From an uncultured Candidatus Saccharibacteria bacterium (GTDB lineage Bacteria > Patescibacteriota > Minisyncoccia > UBA6257 > Colwellbacteraceae): DNA of 64,000 nt. The notes beneath the pieces are model-generated. The model ran no database searches, was not told the origin of the DNA, and saw only the letters and a list, made by a program, of their open reading frames with translations. The stretch spans positions 73,049 to 137,048 of the forward strand of contig CAZXPC010000002.1 of NCBI GenBank assembly GCA_964643135.1, given 5' to 3'. Positions within the stretch are counted from its first letter, which is position 1. Every line of letters starts with the position of its first letter. Shown piece after piece: positions 45,401 to 54,880 of this stretch. The position numbers were made by a program, and so were the translations under genes.

Positions 45401-48400
45401 CGGCGGCAAGACCTATAGCGATGTTACTTTTTCAAGCAACAATACCAATGTGACCTTAGACAGCGATGCCGCTAACAGTACCTTTAACGACATTACTTTT
45501 AGCAATACCGGCACAGTCGCATACGGAGCCGCTAGCCAAGCGACGACGGCACATGACGTCAAATTCAATAACACCAATCAGGCCGTAACGGTTAACGGCA
45601 CGGCGAATGTTTTTTACGGTATTGTTGTTAAGTGTCAAGACACTTGCGCGGGAGACACAGGCGCATTTACTTTGAGCAGCGGCTCCTCGAGCACCTTCTA
45701 TAAAACTGCGAAATTTAATAATACGACGGGCGGCACTTCCATCAGCGGCAGCAATACTTTTACCGGCGCCGTCACGTCTGCCGGAACAGTTTCAATTACC
45801 GGCAGCAGCAATACGTTTTCCAGCACGCTCGACATAGGCGGCAGCGGCAACCTGACCGTGAGCGCGAGCCAGACTTCCAACGATTATAAGGCAGCAGTTA
45901 CGGTGGCCGGCAATGCAACCTTGGAGTCGGGCAACCATTTCGAATCGACTTTAACGATTTCGGGAACGACCGCCTCGTCGATGGCCGGCGCGAGCGGCAC
46001 TTCGGCCAACAATTTTGACGATGTGGTCCGATTCGGCGGTAGTACTACCATTAAGGGGACCAACAACACCTTCGCTAAGACGCTTTGTATAGGCACGAAT
46101 AGCGGCTGCACTACGGGCTCCGGTGATTTGATATTCCATAATACGACCAACGACAACCTTGTCCACGACAACACTTTTACGGGCGCCGTCACGGTTATGG
46201 GAGTGCTGACTATGAATACTTTGCCATACGCTAATACTTTTGGAGCTAACGGGCACACCGGCGCGATCCTGACGGTGAACGGCACCACTGCTTCGTCCAT
46301 ATCAGGCAAAGGCAGCGGCACGGCCGGCAACAAATTCAACGGCGATGTTTCGATTGCCGGGACGACCAACATTAACGCCGACAACAACGAAATTACCGGC
46401 TCTTTCACTACGACCGGTTCGAGCCACGTTAATAATTTGGTTTTGACCGGCTCGGCCGGACACGACAACAAATTTGATGGAGCAGTTACAGTTGATGGAG
46501 TGCTCAATATGAATACCTCTAATACCAACACTTTTTCCGGCGCGGTCACGGTTAACGGCACCGGCACCTCGACCGTCTCAACGGGCAATACCTTTGATGT
46601 TGGAGCGCCGGTCATTGTAAGCGGAGCGTTGTCCTTGGGGTCAACCAATACGTTTAGAAGCACGGTCAATATTACCGGCGTGCTTACGGCTGTGTCGACC
46701 AACCATTTCGATGACAGCACCCACGACACGCTTACTTGCAACGATGCGGCCAATCCGGTCAATGTTTGCGTGGCGGGCACGACTTTGTCTTCCATGACCG
46801 ATAGCAACACTTTTGCCGGCAATGTTAAATTCTCTGGCGTCGGCGGCAGTGCCAGGGTGACCATGGGATCAGGCAATCAGGTTAATAATCAGAAGACTTT
46901 TAAGGTTATGGGGTCCGGCAATTCGAGCGTGATCGGGACGTCGCTCTTGCCCAACAGCTTTACCGGCACGATGTACTTCGGCGGTCAGCTTACCATTAGC
47001 GGCACTAACAACACTTTTGGAGACACCTCGGGCGACACACTGACTCTTAATACCGGCGACCTGATTTTCAGTTCCGGCGCGAGCACCAACACTTTTGCTG
47101 GCGCGGTTGCGATTACGGCCGGAGTCCTCAATATGCAAGGCACGACCAATACCAATACAAATCAGTTTTTGAGCACGCTCACGGCCGGCGGAAGCGGAGC
47201 CTCGACCATATCTTCCGGCACCAGCACAGGAACGAAAAATACTTTTGCCGGGCTAGCCACTTTTACAGGGAGGCTCGACGTGGGCAATTGGAATGCTTTT
47301 TCGGCCACGCCGACCTCGCTCACTGTGGCGGGGACAGGGACTTCTACGATGGGGCAGGACAATTCCTTTAGCGGGGCGGTGTCGTTCTCAAACGCGGGGA
47401 GCGACCTGACTTTAGCGGCAACCTCCGGGCACACCAACACTTTTAGCGGCGCCTTGACTGTTTCGGGAACGGGTGCATTTACCGGCACGGCCTACGCCAA
47501 CAACACTTTTAGTGGTGCCGTGAATATTGCCAACTCGGCTATGGCCGTAGGGTTAAACACTTGGAACACGGGCAGCTCCCTGACTCTAACCGGGGCTAGT
47601 CCGGCTCTCTCGGGCGGAAACACCTTCAAGGATGTTACGCTGAGCGGCGGCGGAACGGCGACCGTAACCGGAACTAATTCTTTCGTGAATTTGACTCGCA
47701 ACCCGGCCGCGGCTGCGACGTCTGACGGCATAACTTTCCCGGCCAGCGTTACTCAGACTGTGAGCGGCACTCTGACATTAACGGGCCACGATTTGGGCAG
47801 CCGGCTCTTTGTCACTTCCGGCACCCCGGGAACCAGAGCTACTCTTTCGGCGGCTACCGTGGCGCTTTCCAATTCTAACTTCCAAGATATAGCCGCGACC
47901 GGGACTGGAACAAAAACCGGTCCGGCTTGCGATGACGTGGCTGTGTCTACCACCTGGTGCGGAGTGTCCTTGGGAGACAACGGCAACAATACCGGCATAC
48001 ACTTTAGCGCCACCAAAACCTGGTATTGGAAGAGCGCCGGCAACACCGGCAATTGGTCGGACAGCTCGAAGTGGGCCAGCAACTCCGCCGGCACAACTCT
48101 TTGCACCTGTGTGCCTTTGCCTCAGGATACGTCTATTTTTAACGCCAACAGTTTCAACACCGGAAGCCAAATTATACACGTTGATGTTTCGAGAATCGGC
48201 GCCATCGATTTTACCGGCGTTACCAATGCTCCTCAGATTTCATTCGATACAGCGACAACTATTATGGGGGACCCGGCGACCAACGATAACAATATTATTA
48301 CTATGACGAGCGGCACCGGCAGCCCGACTATCGCCGGTACGACTGCGCTCACCTTCGGCAACGTCGGCGTAAGGAAAAAAATAACAAGCGCCACCAAGAC

Positions 48401-51038
48401 ATTTACCATGCCGATCGTGATTGATGCGACAGGGGGTAAGATTACCCTCGTTGACGCCCTCTCTATCTCGAATACTTTGACCTTAACCAATGGAACTTTA
48501 GACGCTAACAATCAAGCCGTCAGCGTTACGACATTCGATGGGTCGAACAGCAATACCAGGGGTCTTGTTATGGGCACCGGCACCTGGACTTTGAGCGGCA
48601 CGGGCACGGTTTGGAACTTATCGACCACGACCAACCTTACATATACGGCACCGACAAGTCCCGGCCTTATCACCATGAACGGTTCGAGTACCAGCGCTAA
48701 GAATTTTAACGGCGGCGGTTTGACTTACTATAACGTCTCGGTAAGCAACGGCACAACTTCGGCCTCGACCACATCAATTGACGCTTCGAATACGTTTCAG
48801 GACTTGACCGATTCGAGTGCCGGAGTTTTGACAATCGCGGCGCCCAGCACTGTTAACGGTAACTTTAATTACAGCGGCGCCGGCGGCGTGACTCTTAATT
48901 CCGGTACGGGCCCGCTCAGCGTAACCGGAACTTTCGCCGCGACCGGCGCGGTAACGATTAACGGCACCAGCAATGCTTTTCATAGCACTGCAGATATCGG
49001 GAGCGGAGCGAACGCGGTAGCGATTAACAATGCCAGCAACCATTTCTACGGCGATGTGAATTTTAATAATACCGGCAACTTAACTATCGCGGGCGGCAGC
49101 AATACTTTCGACGGGTCAGTCAATATCGCGAGCAACGGCACAGCCACGATTAGCGGTACCAGCAATACTTTCGGCAACAGCGTGACGAACAAGACCTTCA
49201 AGGTAACGGGTACGGGCGGGATCACTATCAACGGGTCGCATTTCTTCGGCACGGGCTTAACCGGCTGCGTGGTTGGAGGCATAACTCAGGCGAGCAACTG
49301 TTTCGGCGGCAACGTAACCCTGGCTTCGGGCAGCAATACTTTCGACAGTTCGTTTGGCACAACCACGGCGGGCGGCGGATCTCTAACGGCGAACACCGGC
49401 ACCACAGCCAACCTTTTCTCGGGAACGGTTACGGTCGCCGGCAACGCTGCTCTGAACTCAGTTACTTCGGATCCGACGGTTACATTCAGCAACACGGTCA
49501 ATATTACAGGGAACCTGACTCTCGGATCGTTTGCTCATTTCAACGACACCCTGACAGTGGCGAGCGCGAGCGCATCGACTATTACGAGCAGTAACGTGTT
49601 TGCCAAGGCGGTTAACTTTAGCGGCGCCGGCTTAACCATGACCGACAGCAATAACTTCTCGACCATCGCTTCGTCACTGAACGTGGCCGGAGCATTGTCG
49701 ATAGGCATAGCCAATAAATTCCACGCCACGGCTGTTTTAAATTGCACCGGCGGCAATGCGCCTGTCTGCGTAGCCGGCGGCGTGACTCTCAAAGGAGACA
49801 ACAATACTTTTGACGGTGCCTTGACGACTACTTCCAGCGGCGATTTGATATTCCATAATACGACCAACGACAACCTCGTTCACGACAACACCTTTACCGG
49901 CGCTGTCGTTGTTGCCGGAGTATTAACCATGAACACGACTCCATATAAAAATACTTTTAGCAGCACTCTCAATGTGGCCGGGAGTGGCGCCTCGTCGATC
50001 TCGGGCAAGGGCAGCGGTACGGCCGGCAATACCTTCACCAATGCTGTTTCTATAGCCGGCACGACTACAATTAATGCCGATAGCAATACTTTCAGCAGTA
50101 CGCTTGATATTACCGGGGCTCATAACTTAGTTTTCGCGGCGGCGGCCACGAGCAATATCTTTACCAGCACGGTTACGGTGGGCGGCATTTTGACCATGAA
50201 CACCGGCGCGAATAGCAATCAATTCCAGTCGACCACGACGGCTTTGAGTGTATCCGGCTCGGGCACCTCGTCGATCTCGGCTTCCAATATTTTCGGCTCG
50301 GGTTCGTCGGGGTCGGTGACGATCACCAATGCCACCGGTTCATCAACGATTGGCGACAGCAACGCTTTCCATGGACCATTCAGCTTTACCGGCACGAACG
50401 GCAGCGTGACGGTTGGTTCAAGCGCCGGGGGCAACGTATTTAGCAGCACTTTCAGTTATACCAATAGTGGACCGGCGTCTGGGTCAGTAACTTTCACCGG
50501 CGCGGGGAATAATGTGGCGAGCGGACTGACCACTCTGACCTTTAACGGCGGAGGACTCTTCAGTATCGCGGGGGCGAATACATTTCAAGATTTTACGGTT
50601 AACGGTTCCAGCATGATTACTTCCAGCTTCGCCAGTGACAATACATTTAGAGACTTTACATTCACGGGCAGTAATAGCGGAGGCATAACTTTCAAGGGAA
50701 CCGGCACTTCGACTTTTAGGAATTTCACAGTTGATACCGCTCCGAAAACCGTGAAGGTCCACACCGCCAGCACGCTCTCGATAACTAACGGATTCACGGC
50801 TACAGGCAGCCTTGCCGCCGCGGGGAGTCAGATCACTTTTTCCATGGATGGCGGAACGACCGGAGTTAACAGCTGGAATATTAGCGCTAATACCACGAGC
50901 GTAGGCGGCTTAAACGTGGCCGACAGCACCGCGAGCTTAACTGGTTCCACGCCGCATGGAGACTCATTTACCTGCAGCACCTTGAGTGAAAATTGTACCG
51001 GCATCGTTCACGACAGCGGCTGGACATTCACGCCATAG
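42423..51038 (+). CDS. Giant (2871 aa) pilin-like surface protein: type IV prepilin N-terminal domain followed by a Thr/Ser/Gly/Asn-rich beta-rich repetitive region
   Basis: N-terminus MFILKEKAQRLRGYRSG|FTLLEFLIVSTVLVILAVVAINSF (Gly at -1, Glu at +5). Then 4 tandem ~95-aa Cys-pair modules (…C.G…GA.C.LT…WDV.VTN…), then >2000 aa of G.NTF.G/NTF repeats including a long internal duplication (~46085-46420 vs ~49740-50110). Confidence 0.8.
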   Translation: MFILKEKAQRLRGYRSGFTLLEFLIVSTVLVILAVVAINSFGGFSRKAAIDSAARAIISDLRTVQSKAVAGTDADSGGSADDWGICFVHAASGDYYQTVGAMIAASCKTTGYDTASGGVVQAKIFLPSGVTYSTADDWYTSPGFDAIVFNKISGTPSTTDNVIVITSSLADKITTVSSDGLITQTSVDITSVVPTSGINTNSAFQFTQINGHGFASGASVSLQRNIQGTVNTISCTGASVNATGTQITGATCNLTLDKPASCTGCHALAGKWDVLVTNTDTTSATLPGGLTVTANPPTVTTIVPTSTVNDDTSAHNTLTTVNGSNFQAGATVQLTRSGTTINCDTTSSTIVAGSISSVTCNDIGGALGASDWNVVVTNTLGDGASATCNPASCLTINNPTPTIAVGSLTPNRSSAGDSVDITLVGDSTANNGHNFATNAKVKWDCTSDCTTDASSTGISNVVVNWSTDTITATVASSLTTTAGSPHAVKVFNPTPGGGISTNSEPFTVSGGATFGITGLKTSGSCPGSASVTSNNAGSFAFDICGSGFSTISGDVKVTLHESGQPTITCSGFTVAANLITGASCDLTNVAVASDWDVWVTNLSTDSTAKCSDVGGTGPTPRCEVIVTAQGVSVGSITPANGIQFTWNQPILAISGTSFSGTPTVTLTNGGSTITCTGFTVASSTLLINGSCPITNTTAATTWTVHVIVGASDATCACFSIVTAANNATLTPIARFWFPAVGGSCGLSACGTGSWSTTNTLNWATTPTGLGTDGITPTTGATVPTTATDVYFTKNSFTADGETVTVSNPASASSLVFSGPDGVSKNITFTGGAEAITLGDATHDGSLNFQPSCPSTCTITRSGETGDINFKSGHVGQVANFAAKDTDPSSTQNSFGKVFFNNGGTYTFINPYNSNTAASNDIAILNSTTVNTNNNALIFGSLTFSSGTFNLGTSTVTLKDSGSTSWSVTGGTLNAASSTIAVSPASSGTNTFLGGGKTYSDVTFSSNNTNVTLDSDAANSTFNDITFSNTGTVAYGAASQATTAHDVKFNNTNQAVTVNGTANVFYGIVVKCQDTCAGDTGAFTLSSGSSSTFYKTAKFNNTTGGTSISGSNTFTGAVTSAGTVSITGSSNTFSSTLDIGGSGNLTVSASQTSNDYKAAVTVAGNATLESGNHFESTLTISGTTASSMAGASGTSANNFDDVVRFGGSTTIKGTNNTFAKTLCIGTNSGCTTGSGDLIFHNTTNDNLVHDNTFTGAVTVMGVLTMNTLPYANTFGANGHTGAILTVNGTTASSISGKGSGTAGNKFNGDVSIAGTTNINADNNEITGSFTTTGSSHVNNLVLTGSAGHDNKFDGAVTVDGVLNMNTSNTNTFSGAVTVNGTGTSTVSTGNTFDVGAPVIVSGALSLGSTNTFRSTVNITGVLTAVSTNHFDDSTHDTLTCNDAANPVNVCVAGTTLSSMTDSNTFAGNVKFSGVGGSARVTMGSGNQVNNQKTFKVMGSGNSSVIGTSLLPNSFTGTMYFGGQLTISGTNNTFGDTSGDTLTLNTGDLIFSSGASTNTFAGAVAITAGVLNMQGTTNTNTNQFLSTLTAGGSGASTISSGTSTGTKNTFAGLATFTGRLDVGNWNAFSATPTSLTVAGTGTSTMGQDNSFSGAVSFSNAGSDLTLAATSGHTNTFSGALTVSGTGAFTGTAYANNTFSGAVNIANSAMAVGLNTWNTGSSLTLTGASPALSGGNTFKDVTLSGGGTATVTGTNSFVNLTRNPAAAATSDGITFPASVTQTVSGTLTLTGHDLGSRLFVTSGTPGTRATLSAATVALSNSNFQDIAATGTGTKTGPACDDVAVSTTWCGVSLGDNGNNTGIHFSATKTWYWKSAGNTGNWSDSSKWASNSAGTTLCTCVPLPQDTSIFNANSFNTGSQIIHVDVSRIGAIDFTGVTNAPQISFDTATTIMGDPATNDNNIITMTSGTGSPTIAGTTALTFGNVGVRKKITSATKTFTMPIVIDATGGKITLVDALSISNTLTLTNGTLDANNQAVSVTTFDGSNSNTRGLVMGTGTWTLSGTGTVWNLSTTTNLTYTAPTSPGLITMNGSSTSAKNFNGGGLTYYNVSVSNGTTSASTTSIDASNTFQDLTDSSAGVLTIAAPSTVNGNFNYSGAGGVTLNSGTGPLSVTGTFAATGAVTINGTSNAFHSTADIGSGANAVAINNASNHFYGDVNFNNTGNLTIAGGSNTFDGSVNIASNGTATISGTSNTFGNSVTNKTFKVTGTGGITINGSHFFGTGLTGCVVGGITQASNCFGGNVTLASGSNTFDSSFGTTTAGGGSLTANTGTTANLFSGTVTVAGNAALNSVTSDPTVTFSNTVNITGNLTLGSFAHFNDTLTVASASASTITSSNVFAKAVNFSGAGLTMTDSNNFSTIASSLNVAGALSIGIANKFHATAVLNCTGGNAPVCVAGGVTLKGDNNTFDGALTTTSSGDLIFHNTTNDNLVHDNTFTGAVVVAGVLTMNTTPYKNTFSSTLNVAGSGASSISGKGSGTAGNTFTNAVSIAGTTTINADSNTFSSTLDITGAHNLVFAAAATSNIFTSTVTVGGILTMNTGANSNQFQSTTTALSVSGSGTSSISASNIFGSGSSGSVTITNATGSSTIGDSNAFHGPFSFTGTNGSVTVGSSAGGNVFSSTFSYTNSGPASGSVTFTGAGNNVASGLTTLTFNGGGLFSIAGANTFQDFTVNGSSMITSSFASDNTFRDFTFTGSNSGGITFKGTGTSTFRNFTVDTAPKTVKVHTASTLSITNGFTATGSLAAAGSQITFSMDGGTTGVNSWNISANTTSVGGLNVADSTASLTGSTPHGDSFTCSTLSENCTGIVHDSGWTFTP
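46085..46420 (+). repeat. Internal long-range repeat within the giant pilin-like gene, copy 1 (approximate bounds)
   Basis: GGTGATTTGATATTCCATAATACGACCAACGACAACCTTGTCCACGACAACAC… recurs at 49839 with ~85% identity. Protein-level …GDLIFHNTTNDNLVHDNTFTGAV…SISGKGSGTAGN…INAD…. Confidence 0.7.
49740..50110 (+). repeat. Internal long-range repeat within the giant pilin-like gene, copy 2 (approximate bounds)
   Basis: See copy 1. Confidence 0.7.
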
Positions 51039-51077
51039 TTTCATTATCAAGCTTAAATTTGTGATATAATCTGACTA

Positions 51078-53327
51078 ATGGATAAATCTTTGAGGCGCGG
51101 CCAGCTTATTTTGGAAGCTCTGATGGCTATTGGCGTGGCCGCTATTGTGGTCGGCCTCAGCGCCGGAATTTTCACGATCAGTTTGCGCGGTAACAAAGTA
51201 TCATTAGAGCGCGATATCGCGACCGGCCTGCTCGCCGAAACCATGGATGCCGTCAAGGCAATCGGTTTTGAGAAGTGGCTGAATCTATCTAACCCGATTG
51301 ACAACACCAATACAGGCACACCGAATAAGGGGACAGGCAATCTTTATTTTATAAGCCAATCCGATTCTTCGAACGCCTTTCTTTTAGCCAGCCAGGCGCC
51401 GAGCGCAGCTCCCAATTGGCAGGCTACGTCGTCTTCATCGCCGCGGAATGTTTGGGCAGTCGGTTCGGCCTTGTCGAGCAAGGGCCAAGCCTGGAAATGG
51501 GACGGAGAAAACTGGATTGATTATTCATCGGACAGCGGCGGCGTCTCTTATTTTGGCAATGTTACCATGAACGGGGTCTCGGCTGTTTCTCTCAACGAGG
51601 TGTGGGCAGTTGGCGATACCGCCTCATCGAACTTCAAAGTTTTTAAATTTGACGGCAATGGGTTTGTCGATGAGCACGGCAACTTAACGAGCGGCGCGGT
51701 CAACCTCAATGACGTTTCGGCTCCCGGTTCAACCTCTTCTGATAAAACCAGGGTTTGGATTGTGGGGGACGGCGGTTTTGTCAGATTTAATTCGGGCCTA
51801 ACGACACCTAGCTGGAGTAATAAAGGGTATTCCGGGAGCGCAAATCTTTTCGGCGTTTCCGGGGTTGTCGATGCCGCTAATAATAATGCCGACGATGCTT
51901 TGGTGGTCGGCGCGAGCGGCACGGTCAAACTCTATAACGGTAAAGATGATGCCTGGACGGATCACACTCCGGGTGCCGGGGTGAGGTGGTCCACCAACAC
52001 TATGCGCGGCGCTTCCATGATCTCGACCAAGGATCTTTGGGTAGCGGGCGATGGGGGCAACGTTTGGAGTTACAACGGCACTACCTGGACCAGCCGCTCA
52101 AGCGATACCGGTGCCAGTTGGGGAGCGACTAACTTAAAAAAAATAACGGCTTTTAATGACAACTATGTTATCGTAACAGGCGCGAGCGGCAACGTGTGGA
52201 CTTGGAATGGTTCGACCTGGTCTAATCTCACTCCCGCCGCGGGCACAAAGTGGGACTCAAATACCATGCGCGTTTCTGATAGGTTCTCAACGGACCTCTG
52301 GTTTGTTGGAGACAATGTCGGAGGCAGCCAGGTGTGGAGATACCAGCCGGTCAAGTGGACGATTGGTTCTTGCGGCGGATCAACTTGCACGGGCACTCCG
52401 CCGGTTGATCAGGTTACCGAAAACGGCGTTACCTATAACCGCCACTTCTTTATTCAAAATATTTGCCGCTCTACTTCTGCCAATACAATTATCACCGGCC
52501 CGACCGACAGTAACGGCAATGATACAGCATGCGTCGGCAGCACGGGTTCACAAGATCCGTCAACTTTAGGTGTTACGGCTACTGTAACCTGGGCCGGCGG
52601 CAGTGTTTCTTCGTCTGACTATGTAACGAGGTGGGCTAATATTGCCTGCACCCAATCATCATGGAACGGTAGTGTTGTAGCGGATCCCAACGACGCCAAA
52701 AAGAACACTAATGTCTCGACTTGCGGCACGAGCAACTTTTCGAGTATCACTACCGATACGACTCCGCAGCATAACGCGCAATTGGCTCAATCGCCAAACG
52801 GCAATTTAGCCATTGGCAGTGCCGAGACCAAGGGAGGGACATTTACCTCGGGTGTTTTCGATGGAACTCTCTTGCCCTATAACCAAGCGCAAGGAGGCGC
52901 GTTTCCGATCGCTTCGAGGGGAGTAACTCTAAATTCGCTAATATGGAATGGCAGCAATAGCATCGGTTCTGGAGCGGTTAGGATTGCCGTTGCCACATCG
53001 AATTGCCCTAATGCCTCGACCAATGACGGGACTCACTCAGGCGATACCGGGACATGCCTGCCCGCCGGAACTTGGAATTTTGTGAATGAGTCGGGTGCCG
53101 CCGTTGGTTATGATGCGTCGAATTGCAATACCCCCGCTGGGAAATGTCTTTTGACGAGCAATTTTATGACCCCGGACCCGGGGAAGTTTGTGAAATTTAA
53201 TAATAGCAGTTTTACTAACACAAGATATTTTCGTTTTCAATTTACACTTTGCCGCACCGCTGTTTGCGCAGTATCTGTCAGTGCCCAGCCAACATTTAAT
53301 TCTATTACCATCAACTATTCTCCCTAG
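51078..53327 (+). CDS. Pseudopilin-like protein with a large W-rich repeat (propeller-like) extracellular domain
   Basis: N-terminus …LRRG|QLILEALMAIGVAAIVVGL (Glu at +5). C-terminal region has recurring …G.VW.WNG.TW…/VW.VGD… units at a ~40-50 aa period. Confidence 0.6.
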   Translation: MDKSLRRGQLILEALMAIGVAAIVVGLSAGIFTISLRGNKVSLERDIATGLLAETMDAVKAIGFEKWLNLSNPIDNTNTGTPNKGTGNLYFISQSDSSNAFLLASQAPSAAPNWQATSSSSPRNVWAVGSALSSKGQAWKWDGENWIDYSSDSGGVSYFGNVTMNGVSAVSLNEVWAVGDTASSNFKVFKFDGNGFVDEHGNLTSGAVNLNDVSAPGSTSSDKTRVWIVGDGGFVRFNSGLTTPSWSNKGYSGSANLFGVSGVVDAANNNADDALVVGASGTVKLYNGKDDAWTDHTPGAGVRWSTNTMRGASMISTKDLWVAGDGGNVWSYNGTTWTSRSSDTGASWGATNLKKITAFNDNYVIVTGASGNVWTWNGSTWSNLTPAAGTKWDSNTMRVSDRFSTDLWFVGDNVGGSQVWRYQPVKWTIGSCGGSTCTGTPPVDQVTENGVTYNRHFFIQNICRSTSANTIITGPTDSNGNDTACVGSTGSQDPSTLGVTATVTWAGGSVSSSDYVTRWANIACTQSSWNGSVVADPNDAKKNTNVSTCGTSNFSSITTDTTPQHNAQLAQSPNGNLAIGSAETKGGTFTSGVFDGTLLPYNQAQGGAFPIASRGVTLNSLIWNGSNSIGSGAVRIAVATSNCPNASTNDGTHSGDTGTCLPAGTWNFVNESGAAVGYDASNCNTPAGKCLLTSNFMTPDPGKFVKFNNSSFTNTRYFRFQFTLCRTAVCAVSVSAQPTFNSITINYSP

Positions 53328-53330
53328 ATT

Positions 53331-54035
53331 ATGAAGACTAATCCGAAGAAAGGCTTCAGCTTGATTGAACTCCTTATTTATACGGCTCTTTTTGCCGCTA
53401 TTTCCATTTTCACGACCGGAACTTTTATTTCGGTCAGCAAAGGAGCCGCTAAGAACACTTCTTCTTACGAAGTGGTCTCCAATATGCGGTTTGCCTTGGA
53501 AAAAATCAGGCAAGATGTCAAAAATTCGATTGCGATTATCAGCCCGGTGCCGGACCAATCGAGTTCGACCCTTAATCTTCTGGTTGATACCGTCCAGGTA
53601 GCGTACAGCATCTCGGGCGGAGTTCTCCAGAGACAGACAATCGACCCCGTTTCTGGCAGTGTTCTTACAACTGGCAATATCACGTCCAGTGATACCAATG
53701 TGACCAATATCACTTTCCGATTTTTTGATAATCCTGCCATTCCTTTAGGCGTGGATCTTGCTGCGAGTATTAATACTGATATTTCCGCAAAATATAACAG
53801 CGGTTCGCCTGACTACAGCTACTCCGGAGAGCTGAATCAAACAGCCCTGGTTGAGGGCCGCTTGTCGGTCGAGAGAGGCTACTTCGGCAGTTATATCGGC
53901 GGCGGCGGCAACAACCATCCGACGAATTGTAGCAATGTATATAACAATTGGTGGCGAGAAATCTTCCTAAAAAAGGCCTATGCTCTATTACCGCCGTCAG
54001 GTTTCCCTTGCGTAGCCTCCGTGCCGCCACTATAA
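53331..54035 (+). CDS. Minor pilin / pseudopilin (prepilin-type N-terminus)
   Basis: MKTNPKKG|FSLIELLIYTALFAAISIF. Confidence 0.7.
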   Translation: MKTNPKKGFSLIELLIYTALFAAISIFTTGTFISVSKGAAKNTSSYEVVSNMRFALEKIRQDVKNSIAIISPVPDQSSSTLNLLVDTVQVAYSISGGVLQRQTIDPVSGSVLTTGNITSSDTNVTNITFRFFDNPAIPLGVDLAASINTDISAKYNSGSPDYSYSGELNQTALVEGRLSVERGYFGSYIGGGGNNHPTNCSNVYNNWWREIFLKKAYALLPPSGFPCVASVPPL

Positions 54036-54036
54036 A

Positions 54037-54873
54037 ATGAAGAATAGGAAATTTAAAAAAATCGAGGCTTTTGTGGCGGTGCCGGTGGTGCTGGTTTTAG
54101 CGATACTTATGATCTCACTGGGCGGGCTGGCGCTTTCGACTTCTTACAACAACATAATTTCTTCCGGCCAAGCGGCCACGGCCGCGCGTGCCTTTCTTTT
54201 TGCCGAAGCGGGGGCGAGGGACATTTTGGGTTTGCTCGCAGTTAATCGAGACTATTGCGGTCTAGCCCAAGCATCGTGCACAACTAGTACGTCTCTTGCT
54301 TACGGCATCAATTTTAAAACCGGTGCATCCGGAAGCAGTGTCTGCGCCTCGACGAGTGATTTTACCGACGGCTGCGCCTTAGTCCGCCTCGAAGCGGAGC
54401 CTAATGATGCTTCAACTGTGGCCATAAGTTCAATGAGAATTGCAACCATAACCGGCCACCTTAAGGATGCCGTGCGGAAACTTGAATATGACGTGCTTTT
54501 TTCATCGTCAGGAAAGATTCTTAATATAAACCAAGCCGAGGTCCAGAACCAACCCACGGCTGCGACTGCCGGCGCAACCGGCGTAACTACCAATGGGGCC
54601 AACCTAAATTTGTTCACCAATCCGAACGGCAAAACAGTGACGGCTTGGTTCAGATATGGCACTAGCAACCCAACAGTTTGCAATGATACCGATTTTGGCA
54701 AGTCCACTAATCCTCCTACTTCGGGTAATTTAACCGGGACCAATCCGACATCGTATTCGGTGGGGATAAGCTCATTAAACGCGGGAACGGTCTATTACTA
54801 CTGTGCTATTGTTCAAGACACCGTGACTCTAACCAAATATTACGGCGACGTTCTTTCCATGCAGACTAACTAG
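54037..54873 (+). CDS. Pilin-like or exported protein (N-terminal hydrophobic segment with Glu, non-canonical cleavage site)
   Basis: MKNRKFKKIEAFVAVPVVLVLAILMISLGG… 1-nt gap to the upstream pilin gene. Confidence 0.4.
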   Translation: MKNRKFKKIEAFVAVPVVLVLAILMISLGGLALSTSYNNIISSGQAATAARAFLFAEAGARDILGLLAVNRDYCGLAQASCTTSTSLAYGINFKTGASGSSVCASTSDFTDGCALVRLEAEPNDASTVAISSMRIATITGHLKDAVRKLEYDVLFSSSGKILNINQAEVQNQPTAATAGATGVTTNGANLNLFTNPNGKTVTAWFRYGTSNPTVCNDTDFGKSTNPPTSGNLTGTNPTSYSVGISSLNAGTVYYYCAIVQDTVTLTKYYGDVLSMQTN

Positions 54874-54880
54874 TTTTATT

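Noticed and set aside
42423-51038. Numerous 60-330-aa antisense and alternative-frame ORFs inside the giant pilin-like gene (and inside secA, SMC, lepA, groEL)
   Set aside because: They are frame-shadow ORFs produced by the repetitive, GC-balanced coding sequence of a much longer ORF with strong protein-level repeat structure and a recognisable N-terminal domain. None has independent start-site or motif support.
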